From: Acidobacteriota bacterium
Lineage (GTDB): Bacteria > Acidobacteriota > UBA6911 > RPQK01 > JADFOI01
DNA: 64,000 bases
Reading direction: 5' to 3'
Assembly (NCBI GenBank): GCA_963663035.1
Contig: OY760074.1
Span: forward strand, 2,496,001 to 2,560,000
Position 1 is the first letter of the stretch. Each line of letters starts with the position of its first letter. Positions 48,044 through 57,395 of the stretch are shown here, one piece after another. The position numbers and the translations under genes were made by a program. The notes beneath the pieces are model-generated. The model was given only the letters and a program-made list of their open reading frames with translations. It was not told where the DNA came from and ran no database searches.

Positions 48044-51000
48044 ATGGGGCTGGTCCGTGGTCAGCGGTTCTTCCAAGGTCAACTCCACCTCCTGGTCCAT
48101 GGGCAAATCGAATCGGGAGGCCGCTCGACCGAATTTGAAAAAGATGGTGGGTAAGACCACCATGTTCAAAACAGTGGAACTGAGCAGTCCACCCAGAATC
48201 ACCACCGCAACCGGATAGAGAATTTCCTTACCCGGTTCCCCCCGAGCCAAGGCCAGAGGCACCAGGCCGAGAGCTGTAGTCAGTGCAGTCATCATCACCG
48301 GAACCAAGCGCTCAAGAGTGCCCCGCACAATCATTTTCTTGTCGAAGTTCTCTCCTTCATAGCGCATGAGATGCAGATAATGGGAAATCATCATGATCCC
48401 GTTTCGGGCGACGATTCCTAGGAGAGTGATGCCTCCTACAAGTGAGGCAACCGATAGAATACCGTCAGTCCAAAGAATGGCCGTTACGGCTCCGATGACA
48501 CTCAAGGGCAAGGTGAGCATGATTTGCAGGGCAAGGCTGGCTCGCTGGAAATGGGAGTAGAGGAGAACGAATATGGCAGTGATAGAAATAATGGACAACA
48601 ACAGGATCAAGCGCGTGGCCTCAACCTGGCTTTCGAACTGACCTCCATAGCTGACGAAGTAACCGTCCGGGAAGTCAACCTGAGTGCCCACTTTCTCTCG
48701 AATCTCCTCGACTACGCCCCCCAGATCCCGTCCTGCCACATTACACTGGACCACGATGCGCCGCAGCCCATTTTCTCTCAGAACCTGATTGGGTCCCGTC
48801 CCCTCTCGGTCGATCTCGGCCAGCTGGGCCAGCGGAATACTCCCACCCGTGGGAAGGTCCACCAAAAGATCATCCAGAAAGTCCAGGTTGTCCCGCCAGA
48901 ACGGGTCCAGGCGGAGAAAGACATCAAAGCTGCTCTGCTCTTCCAGAACTTGTGTGATGACCCGTCCGTTGAGGGCTGTCTCCAATGCCTCGGTAATTTC
49001 CCCCACCCCCAGGCCGTAGCGTGCGGCTTGGGTACGGTTCACCTCGATGCGCACCTGCGGAATGAAGACTTGCGGCTCGATGTAGAGATCTGCGACCCCT
49101 CCTACACCATTCATGATCTGCTCGACCTCTTCCGCCAGAGAGCGTAGAACGGTCAGATCCTCACCAAAAATCTTGACCGCGATCTGGGCGAAGGTCCCGG
49201 AGAGCAGATGATCGATCCGATGAGAAATGGGTTGACCCACGTTGACCACCACATTCGGGAGCTGGTCCAGCTTCTCACGGATCTCCGCCTCAATTTCTTC
49301 CTTGGGGCGACCCTCCTTCAGGGTAACGTCAATTTCGCTGTAGTGGACTCCTTCGGCATGCTCATCCAGCTCTGCCCGGCCCGTGCGCCGGCCTGTCGAG
49401 ACGACTTCCTCGACTTCCAGGAGAAGCCGTTCCGCCTGGGAGCCGATGACGTCTGATCGTGGAAGCGAGGTGCCCGGTTCGGCTATGACATTAATGGTAT
49501 AGCTTCCCTCGTTAAAGTCGGGAAGAAACTCCCGGCCCATTCCTGGAACGAAGGAAAGGGCAAAAAGAAACAGGAACAAGGCTCCAGCCATAACCTTCCA
49601 GGGATGCTCCAGAGTAAGGTCCAAAACTTTGGCCTGTCCACTCTTGAGCTGGCGCACCAACCAACCATCTTGCCTTCGCTCCAGGATCTTGGAGCGGCCC
49701 AGGAGGTAATAACAGAGCACTGGTGTGAGGGTTAATGAGACCAGAAGGGAGGCCAGGATGGAGACCACGTAGGCAATTCCAAGAGGTGTGAATAGCCGGC
49801 CCTCCACTCCGCTCAGGAAGAAAAGGGGCAAGAAGACCAGGATCACGATGAGAGTGGCAAAGACTATGGAATTTCGAATCTCGCTCGAGGCCCGAAAAAC
49901 GATGGTCAAGGCCGCTTCGGGTTGAGACTTCTGGCGATTCTCGCGCAGTCTCCGGAAAACGTTTTCCACATCCACGATGGCATCGTCCACCAACTCACCA
50001 ATGGCAATGGCCAACCCCCCCAGCATCATGGTGTTGATGGTGATTCCGAAGAACTTCATCGCCACCGCTGTGATCAAAAAGGAGAGGGGGATGGCGGTCA
50101 GGGTAATGGTGGTGGTTCGGAAGTTCAGTAAGAAGAGAAACAATACGATGACCACCAGGATAGAAGCATCTCTGAGCGCCTCGATCACATTCCCGATAGC
50201 GTTCGAAATAAAATCGGCCTGGCGAAAGACAGCCGGATCCACCACCACGCCTTCCGGTAAGCTGGCGCGAATTTCATCCAAGACGGCCTCCACCCGCTCG
50301 GTCAGCTCCAAGGTGTTGGCATCAGGCTGCTTGGTGATCTGCATGATGACCGAAGGCTGCCCGTTGTAAGAGGACTCTCCGCGCTTGATCTGAGGTCCAA
50401 ACTCAACTCGGGCGATATCTCGAACATAGACGGGAACGGATCCCCTGACAGCTACCACCGTGTTTCTCAAATCGTCCAGCGTTTCGATCCGTGCCATGTT
50501 TCGGATCAGGAGCTCCTTGCCCTCTCGATTCAGGAAACCTCCTGAAGTGGCGGAATTCGAAAACCCAATGGCTGTCTCCACCTCAGCCAGACTGATGGAA
50601 AAATCCCTCATCCGCTGGGGGTTCACCAAGACCTGATACTGTCTGACTCCTCCTCCCATGTTGACGACCTGGGCCACACCCGGAATGGCTAAGACCCGGG
50701 GACGGATGGTCCAATCGGCGAGAGTCCTCAGTTCCATATCGGAAACGTTTCCCCCTTCAGCCCGCACACTGATGAGATGAATGCCTCCCATGATCGAGCT
50801 GATGGGTCCCATCACCGGAATCGCTCCCGGTGGAAGCTGAGTGGATGCCAGCTGCAGCCTTTCGTTGACAATCTGTCGAGCGATGTAGATATTCGTCTCC
50901 CAACCGAATTCCACCCAGACGACGGATAGTCCCGGCGCTGATTGGGAGCGGACTCGCTCCACATCGGTGGCACCATTGAGGAGGGTTTCCAAGGGAAAGG

Positions 51001-51196
51001 TGACTAAGCGCTCCACCTCTTCAGGCGCCAGCCCATGGGACTCGGTCATGATCGTCACCATGGGGCGGTTAATATCCGGAAGCACATCGATGGGCAGTTG
51101 AACCATGACGTAGCCTCCGTAGACAACCAGGAAAGCAGATGCAGCAACGATTAGAAGCCGATTTTGAAGGGAGAAACGGATGATGGCATTTAGCAT
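48032..51196 (-). CDS. CusA/CzcA heavy-metal RND efflux permease
   Basis: LPIDVLPD, LVDDAIVDVEN, ERLVPVMMTAL. Confidence 0.93.
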   Translation of the reverse strand: MLNAIIRFSLQNRLLIVAASAFLVVYGGYVMVQLPIDVLPDINRPMVTIMTESHGLAPEEVERLVTFPLETLLNGATDVERVRSQSAPGLSVVWVEFGWETNIYIARQIVNERLQLASTQLPPGAIPVMGPISSIMGGIHLISVRAEGGNVSDMELRTLADWTIRPRVLAIPGVAQVVNMGGGVRQYQVLVNPQRMRDFSISLAEVETAIGFSNSATSGGFLNREGKELLIRNMARIETLDDLRNTVVAVRGSVPVYVRDIARVEFGPQIKRGESSYNGQPSVIMQITKQPDANTLELTERVEAVLDEIRASLPEGVVVDPAVFRQADFISNAIGNVIEALRDASILVVIVLFLFLLNFRTTTITLTAIPLSFLITAVAMKFFGITINTMMLGGLAIAIGELVDDAIVDVENVFRRLRENRQKSQPEAALTIVFRASSEIRNSIVFATLIVILVFLPLFFLSGVEGRLFTPLGIAYVVSILASLLVSLTLTPVLCYYLLGRSKILERRQDGWLVRQLKSGQAKVLDLTLEHPWKVMAGALFLFLFALSFVPGMGREFLPDFNEGSYTINVIAEPGTSLPRSDVIGSQAERLLLEVEEVVSTGRRTGRAELDEHAEGVHYSEIDVTLKEGRPKEEIEAEIREKLDQLPNVVVNVGQPISHRIDHLLSGTFAQIAVKIFGEDLTVLRSLAEEVEQIMNGVGGVADLYIEPQVFIPQVRIEVNRTQAARYGLGVGEITEALETALNGRVITQVLEEQSSFDVFLRLDPFWRDNLDFLDDLLVDLPTGGSIPLAQLAEIDREGTGPNQVLRENGLRRIVVQCNVAGRDLGGVVEEIREKVGTQVDFPDGYFVSYGGQFESQVEATRLILLLSIISITAIFVLLYSHFQRASLALQIMLTLPLSVIGAVTAILWTDGILSVASLVGGITLLGIVARNGIMMISHYLHLMRYEGENFDKKMIVRGTLERLVPVMMTALTTALGLVPLALARGEPGKEILYPVAVVILGGLLSSTVLNMVVLPTIFFKFGRAASRFDLPMDQEVELTLEEPLTTDQPHSPH

Positions 51197-51263
51197 GTCA
51201 TTGCCGACCTAAAAGAGGCCACGGCCCGGGGCACTGAGCAAGCCTCCGCTGAGTTGCTCCTGC

Positions 51264-51414
51264 TAGCCGGGAGTATGTATTAGTTTTCTACTGCAGTGCC
51301 GCAATCATCCACGCTGACTGCGTTGTGCGACCCGCAAGCGGGTACCCCTCACACGCCTGGTCATCGCGGCGCCTGCGGCACTTCGTCACGAAAACCTATA
51401 CATACTCCCGGCTA
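51264..51414. mobile_element. MITE family C (reverse orientation)
   Basis: TIR TAGCCGGGAGTATGTAT / ATACATACTCCCGGCTA; shared core. Confidence 0.8.
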
Positions 51415-51484
51415 AAACCCGGTTTTCGAGTTGAGATGAGTGGTTTTATCCCGAACTGGACCGGCAGGTCAACCTTTAGAGTAC

Positions 51485-52039
51485 CTAAGGACTCATAAAA
51501 GCTAAAAACAGATGCATGCCACGGCGGACCGCACGGATAACCGCCTGGGCGCTGGAAGCGTGTCCCACCAGGTTGAATTCATGCTCCAGATCCCAGCTAT
51601 CCGATGGACTTTTCCCTTCCAGCTGGTCCAGGAAAGCCTCTGTTTCCAATTCCTTGGCGTCCTCGTTTTCAAGGATGAGGACCTTTCTCACGGTGCCGTC
51701 CAGATCGTAACCCACAGCCATATCGATGACGCCTTGTGAACCCACGGCGTCCACCATCAACACCGCCCCGATCGACTGCATTTTTTGGGTCTGAGGGTCC
51801 GTGGCAACGGCAACAAAGATAGTGAGATCTTTGTCAGCTTCCTGGATCTTATCTTCTGCAGCCACTTCTACCTGATGCAACTGCTCAGAGCTAAAATGTT
51901 TGTGACGGCTGACGAAATTGTCGGCTTCCGGGAAGAATTTGTTCAAAGTCTCCCGCGTGAGAGCATCATCGTGACCAAAAGCCGGGACAGTCAAGCACAA
52001 AGTCATGACAAGAAGAAAAAGTTTTCTCATGGTTTTCAC
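51485..52039 (-). CDS. Secreted hypothetical protein (FMN-binding-like)
   Basis: Signal peptide; FFPEA..F, G...MAVG...DGTV..V, FLDQL.GK. Confidence 0.6.
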   Translation of the reverse strand: MKTMRKLFLLVMTLCLTVPAFGHDDALTRETLNKFFPEADNFVSRHKHFSSEQLHQVEVAAEDKIQEADKDLTIFVAVATDPQTQKMQSIGAVLMVDAVGSQGVIDMAVGYDLDGTVRKVLILENEDAKELETEAFLDQLEGKSPSDSWDLEHEFNLVGHASSAQAVIRAVRRGMHLFLAFMSP

Positions 52040-52154
52040 CCTCTTTAGCTAATCATAAGATGTTGGCAGGACAATTTAGTTGATTCAACTGTCTATTTTA
52101 CAACCGTTTTCTCCCAAACCAAAGGAAAATGTCAAGAAGCCCCCCCCCCGGCCT

Positions 52155-52390
52155 GGCCCTTGGGCTGAAGCCCACGGCTCTGACTGATCCTCGTTAGCTC
52201 CCATCAGAGCCGCAGGCTTTAGAGGGTGTCGCAAAGGGCAGTTGATCTTGATTAAGGCATGTAGGGGCGCACAGCCGTGCGCCCACAAACCAAGCTTTAT
52301 CAACTGCTTATAGGGGCGCACGGCTGTGCGCCCCTATACAAGAAACCTGGGTCAACCGACTTTTGCGACACCCTCTTTAGCCTGCGGGCC
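52155..52390. repeat. REP family A doublet interrupted by a MITE
   Basis: Right arm split at TTTA. Confidence 0.85.
52222..52375. mobile_element. 154-bp MITE D carrying two (G/A)TAG-type REPs
   Basis: TIR GAGGGTGTCGCAAA/TTTGCGACACCCTC, TSD TTTA, two internal TAGGGGCGCAC-N-G-GTGCGCCC palindromes. Confidence 0.85.
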
Positions 52391-53285
52391 CGGCTCCCTG
52401 GATAAAATCGGTGACCACCCGCGCGAAGTCCTCCGGATACTCCCGGTAGGAGTAATGACCCGCGTTGTTGAAGATGTGCATCTGAGCACGGGAGACGCTG
52501 GGGGCCAACAGCTCGAACAGCTCCATTCCAGTGGTGATCACTGCTGAGGGATCATTGTAGCCCCACACAAGCAGGGTGGGAGCCTTGAGTCTTCCTTCTT
52601 TGATCCAGCGGAGTGTCTCTTCTTTCTGCTGGCCCAGCTGAGGAAGAAACAGAGTGGAAAACAACTTTGACATCTTCTTGATGGCTTCAACGGACTGGGG
52701 AAGGGTGGCCACCTGGTGTCTGATGGAGACCCAATCCTCAGTCACATGCTCAGCAGAGGAGGAAAAGGCCTCACTCACCCACCGAAGACTTTCCTTCGTG
52801 AGCAGCGGTTGGGGGGCATCAGAGAGAAGTTTGGCGCGGCGCATCTTGGAACGCTCTTTTTCGCTGCTGGGATTCTCACCGGGCGCCAGGGTTCCGCTAT
52901 CAACAACCACCAGCGTTCGGACCAACTCGGGGTGCTCCAGGGTCAGTCGAGTGACGAGATAACCACCCCGTGAGTGGCCGACCAGGTGGACCTTCTCCAG
53001 GCCCATCTCGCGGATGAAATCATAGGCATGTTGAACGACTGCTGCCATGGTGTAGCCCTCATCCGTTTTGGGAAGGTCGGTAAACCCCTGTCCCAGTTTA
53101 TCCGGAGCATAAACATGGAAGGATTTTACGAACCACGGCCAGTTCCGGTCCCAGTTATCAGCAAGATCAACGTTGTCGTTGTTGCCCAGGTTCCCTCCAT
53201 GGAAAAGGATCAGCGGCTCTCCTGTTCCCTCATCAAAGTATCTCGTGTTGACCCCGTTGACCCTGACGTAGTGGGGATTTTCCAT
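52377..53285 (-). CDS. Alpha/beta hydrolase
   Basis: FHGG, GHSRGG nucleophile elbow, WGYND, AGH. Confidence 0.9.
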   Translation of the reverse strand: MENPHYVRVNGVNTRYFDEGTGEPLILFHGGNLGNNDNVDLADNWDRNWPWFVKSFHVYAPDKLGQGFTDLPKTDEGYTMAAVVQHAYDFIREMGLEKVHLVGHSRGGYLVTRLTLEHPELVRTLVVVDSGTLAPGENPSSEKERSKMRRAKLLSDAPQPLLTKESLRWVSEAFSSSAEHVTEDWVSIRHQVATLPQSVEAIKKMSKLFSTLFLPQLGQQKEETLRWIKEGRLKAPTLLVWGYNDPSAVITTGMELFELLAPSVSRAQMHIFNNAGHYSYREYPEDFARVVTDFIQGAGPAG

Positions 53286-53296
53286 GATTCTGGGGG

Positions 53297-54655
53297 TTAG
53301 GCCTCCAGCTCGAACCCGGGCCCGGGAAGAAAGCGACCCGTACCTGGCTGGGCGACAATTTTGCCATCACTTGCCACCAGAATTCCCCGCACATAGGTGG
53401 CAACGGGACGGCCTTGAACTCTGAGGCCATCATAAGGCGTCCATCCCGCCTTGCTGAGCATGGTTTGGTCGCTCAGGGTGTGTGTGGCCTTCATGTCGAT
53501 GAGGACCAGGTCAGCGTCTCCCCCGGGCTGCAGGTTCCCCTTCCTGGGCCAGAGTCGGTAGAGTTTTGCCGGTCTTTCGGCCACCAGCTGGACAATGCGC
53601 TCGAGGCTCAGGCGACCGGCATTCACCGCATTCAAGAGCAGGGTGAGAGTGGTCTGCACACCTGGTAATCCGAAGTGTCCCTCCCACATATTCTCTTTCC
53701 CTTCGGCTTTTTGGGCAGCGGTTGAGGGTGCATGATCGCTTGAGATGTGTGTGATCTCGCCATCTGCCAGCCGCTGCCAGAGGCCCTCTGCCTGTTCCTT
53801 ACTCCGCGCCGGCGGCGTGAATTTGCGGTAGGGTCCGTGCTTGAGAATATCGGCCTCGGAAAAATAGAGATACTGCGGACATGACTCTGCCCACAGCTTG
53901 GCGCCCGACTGACGATTCCCGGCTACAAGGTCGAGAACTTCGGGATGGCTGATGTGTGCGATGACGATCTTGGCGCCACCCAGTCTTGCCAGGAGAGCTA
54001 CTGTATTGGCGGCGACTTGCTCGGCCTCCTGGCTTCGCCACTGGCGGAGAATTCCATAGTCCTTCCGACCCAGCTTCTTGAGCCGCACCTCATTGTCAGC
54101 CGTGATGAACTCATCCTCACAATGGACCAGGCAGAGACCATCAAACTTGGCTACGGCCTGAAAGAGCTGGAGCATCCTGCCCGCTAAAACTGCCGGCACC
54201 CCATGGGTCGAGCAGGTAAAGACCTTGAAAAACTGCATCCCAGCACGCCACAAGTCTTCCACCTGTGGAATGTCCTCGGGCCAAACATGGGCTCCCAGCC
54301 CATAATCTACGACAGACCGATCTCTCAGGTGAGCAAGCTTCTCCTGCAGGAAAGGGGTATTCCGAACCGGGTGGCTGTGGGTGTGCTCGATCACTGTGGT
54401 AACCCCACCCACAGCTGCGGCGCTCGAGCCCGACACAAAATCTTCGCGGCTGTTATCGCCAGGATCTTGAAAGTGGACATGCCCGTCGATCATCCCGGGA
54501 AGGACCAACAGGTCCGATGCATCATGGTGCTGGCGTGCCTCGAGGCGATCGGAGGTCACCCTGGCGATGACACCGTCTTGCAGGTAGAGGTTCTTGTTTT
54601 CGCGGCCGGTCGCTGAGACAAGCGTGCCGCCCTCGATTGCGAGATCATATTTCAT
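53297..54655 (-). CDS. Allantoinase/dihydroorotase-family cyclic amidohydrolase
   Basis: PGMIDGHVHF, AAVGGVTT, HCED, SSDHAP. Confidence 0.88.
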   Translation of the reverse strand: MKYDLAIEGGTLVSATGRENKNLYLQDGVIARVTSDRLEARQHHDASDLLVLPGMIDGHVHFQDPGDNSREDFVSGSSAAAVGGVTTVIEHTHSHPVRNTPFLQEKLAHLRDRSVVDYGLGAHVWPEDIPQVEDLWRAGMQFFKVFTCSTHGVPAVLAGRMLQLFQAVAKFDGLCLVHCEDEFITADNEVRLKKLGRKDYGILRQWRSQEAEQVAANTVALLARLGGAKIVIAHISHPEVLDLVAGNRQSGAKLWAESCPQYLYFSEADILKHGPYRKFTPPARSKEQAEGLWQRLADGEITHISSDHAPSTAAQKAEGKENMWEGHFGLPGVQTTLTLLLNAVNAGRLSLERIVQLVAERPAKLYRLWPRKGNLQPGGDADLVLIDMKATHTLSDQTMLSKAGWTPYDGLRVQGRPVATYVRGILVASDGKIVAQPGTGRFLPGPGFELEA

Positions 54656-55635
54656 CAGTCTTGGAAAAACGTGTGAAGTTCAGCACTCGAATTGAATCCA
54701 TTTCCCAAAACCAGCATGAGCTTGATCCTAGCTCTTGGCCCAGAGAGATAGTGGGCAAAATAGCATCCCAGCTTTTTCAAGTCTCGATGAGCCCCTTGGT
54801 AACCGTACTCGTCGACCACTGGTCCAATCCCACATCGAGTGGTGATGACCACGGGCACCCTCGACTCCACAAGGTCTGCTAGTACAGGCATGATCTTGGG
54901 GGGGACTCGTCCCCCTCCCAAGGCTTCGATGATGACTCCTTGAGGTTTCATCTTTTGAATGGCCTCTAAGAGTGTCACTTCAAAGTCAGCGGTGAGCGTC
55001 ACCAGAGGCACCGGAGTCGCATAAGTCGCCTCAAGTTTCTCAACAGCGCGGGATATCCTGCGCTTGATGTAGAGGTGATCAAACGCTATTTCACCAAGAG
55101 GGCCGTATGGCGGTGACTGAAATGCATCGACCCGTTGGGTGTGGAATTTTCTCACCTCTTCAGCGGAATGAACCTGTTCGTTCATCACGACCAGCACGCC
55201 CAGGTCGCGGGCCTCAGGGGAAGCTGCGACTCGCAGAGAGGAGACCAGATTTCTCAGGCCCTCGTATCCCGTTTCATCTGCCGAACGCATGGCGCCAGTG
55301 AAGACCACCGGCTTGGAAGCTTGGTAGCATAAATGGACGAAATAGGATGATTCCTCCATGGTATCCGTTCCATGGGTAATAACAATTCCGTCTACATCGG
55401 GGTTGGCCGAGTGGCTCAGAACCTTTTGAGAAATCTCCTTTATTGTCTCAAGTGACATCTGGGCACTGGGGATATTGACTATATCCTCTGCAGAAATCTC
55501 CATGTCGCTGGGAAAATGCGAGGCCAGTTGCTGCTGGAAGTCTCGGCCCTTCAAAGATGGAATCGGGTGTGGAGAGTTCGGGGTCTGATCCATTGCAATG
55601 GTCCCACCCGTGGACAGAATGACGACTTTCCCCAT
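54655..55635 (-). CDS. L-asparaginase family protein
   Basis: STGGTIAM, ITHGTDTMEE, TGAMR. Confidence 0.92.
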   Translation of the reverse strand: MGKVVILSTGGTIAMDQTPNSPHPIPSLKGRDFQQQLASHFPSDMEISAEDIVNIPSAQMSLETIKEISQKVLSHSANPDVDGIVITHGTDTMEESSYFVHLCYQASKPVVFTGAMRSADETGYEGLRNLVSSLRVAASPEARDLGVLVVMNEQVHSAEEVRKFHTQRVDAFQSPPYGPLGEIAFDHLYIKRRISRAVEKLEATYATPVPLVTLTADFEVTLLEAIQKMKPQGVIIEALGGGRVPPKIMPVLADLVESRVPVVITTRCGIGPVVDEYGYQGAHRDLKKLGCYFAHYLSGPRARIKLMLVLGNGFNSSAELHTFFQD

Positions 55636-55733
55636 CTCCTATCTCTCCAAGACCAAAAGAATTATGAGTCCGGCCTTCCTATATTACAGATAATCGTTGA
55701 CGTGGCAATTTTCTCTCTGATAGTTTATGCACC

Positions 55734-56342
55734 ATGAAACAAATGGAACTCAGGTTCTTACCCTTGTTGTTGGCCTTGATCGTCATTACCTCCATCGTTT
55801 TGCTGGCATATTCCTATCTTCAGTCTTCGGTGGCTGGCCGTCAGGAAACAGCCCAGCAATTTGAAAGCGACGCGCTGACAGAAGAAGCAATGACGGAATA
55901 CCAGGATGCGGTTGAGTTTCTCGGTAGTTCTTCTCTGCTCAGGGGGCAATTCGAAGAACAGTATTCCGACGCCATGGTTGGTCAGTTGAGAATTCTGTAC
56001 CAACAGGAAAGATATGACGAGGCGATCGAGTTGGCCGAGATTTCCATTCAGGAGGAAATCTCAGACTCGGCAGCAGCGTACTTTTGGAGCGGCAACGCAT
56101 TCTTCCAGAAGGGCATTCAGGAAGAAATGATGGAGGATGCATTCGCCTGGTTTCATCGAGCCCAGGATCAGTATCGACACGGCTTGGAGAAAGATGATCA
56201 AGAGAGATGGAACATCCGCTACAACTACGAGTTAGTGAGGACGGCTCTAGAGCAGGCGGAACAAGAGGAAGAGGATGAACCGGTCAAGGTCCTGCGACCC
56301 AGAGAGCATATCGAACAAGCCGACGCCAAGGTGGCAGGCTAA
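55734..56342 (+). CDS. Membrane-anchored TPR-like (BatC/MxaK-like) protein
   Basis: N-terminal TM, GNAFF, RYNYEL; context with VWA/MoxR. Confidence 0.6.
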   Translation: MKQMELRFLPLLLALIVITSIVLLAYSYLQSSVAGRQETAQQFESDALTEEAMTEYQDAVEFLGSSSLLRGQFEEQYSDAMVGQLRILYQQERYDEAIELAEISIQEEISDSAAAYFWSGNAFFQKGIQEEMMEDAFAWFHRAQDQYRHGLEKDDQERWNIRYNYELVRTALEQAEQEEEDEPVKVLRPREHIEQADAKVAG

Positions 56343-56345
56343 CCT

Positions 56346-57347
56346 GTGACCTTTGGCGCTCCAAGATTCCTCAATCTGCTTTTCCTGCTACCCATAGTTA
56401 TCCTCCTCTTCTGGATCATTCTTCGCTACATAGAAAAAGTGAGACTCCAGTTTCAGATGAAGCAGGTGGTGCGTACCAGCTCTTTTGCAAGCCCATTCCG
56501 CTATGTTCGGTTAGCCTTTTTGTTTGTCCTGGGATGTGGAAGTTTAATCCTGGCTCTAGCTGAGCCTCAGATCGAGATCAAGAGAGAGGAAGAAGTCTAT
56601 AGAAAAATCAATGTCGTTTTTCTTCTGGACACCTCCCTCTCAATGAGGGCCAGGGATATTGCCCCCTCGCGAATCGACCGAGCTCGTCAGGAAATTCAGA
56701 GCTTTATTCTGAATCGAAGTGAAAACATCGGCCAAATAGGGCTCGTCAGCTTTGCCGGAACGAGTATCATACTCTCTTATCTGACCGACGATCCTGCCAA
56801 CATTCTTTTTTACCTGGACTACCTGGAGACTGACTGGCGACCAACTTTCGGAACCGATATTGGTGCTGGGTTCCAGAACGGGCTTGTGCTTTTAGAGAAG
56901 GAGCAGGAGTTAGACAGTGACCTTCGACCTGAGGACATTACGTTCATCTTGATCTCCGATGGAGAGGACCATGGGCTCATCTTACGGCAAGCCGTACAGA
57001 AGGCCTTTGAATTGGATGTGCGAGCCTATACTGTCGGTCTGGGAACGCAACTTGGAGGCTACATTCCTATGGGAGAGAGGGATGGGCACACCATCTTTCT
57101 GTTGGATGAGGACGGCAACAGGGTACTGGCGACCTTCGATGAAGGCACTTTGCGTTGGGTGGCTGGTTCGACAGGAGGGCGCTACTATCGATCGCATACG
57201 GGCACAGAATTAAGAGAAAACCTGAATGAAATTCTTTGGAATGAGAGAAAAGTGGTTGGCACACGAATGGTAACCGAGAAGACTCCCTTGTACTATTGGT
57301 TCATCGTCACTGGATTTGCTGCATTGGCAGTTTTTTTTATTGATTGA
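56346..57347 (+). CDS. VWA-domain protein (BatB-like)
   Basis: DTSLSM MIDAS, GTDIG, ISDGED. Confidence 0.88.
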   Translation: MTFGAPRFLNLLFLLPIVILLFWIILRYIEKVRLQFQMKQVVRTSSFASPFRYVRLAFLFVLGCGSLILALAEPQIEIKREEEVYRKINVVFLLDTSLSMRARDIAPSRIDRARQEIQSFILNRSENIGQIGLVSFAGTSIILSYLTDDPANILFYLDYLETDWRPTFGTDIGAGFQNGLVLLEKEQELDSDLRPEDITFILISDGEDHGLILRQAVQKAFELDVRAYTVGLGTQLGGYIPMGERDGHTIFLLDEDGNRVLATFDEGTLRWVAGSTGGRYYRSHTGTELRENLNEILWNERKVVGTRMVTEKTPLYYWFIVTGFAALAVFFID

Positions 57348-57395
57348 CCCAGTCCGGCTGTGTATTTAGAATAGCCGCTTCCATTAGGAAGAAAC

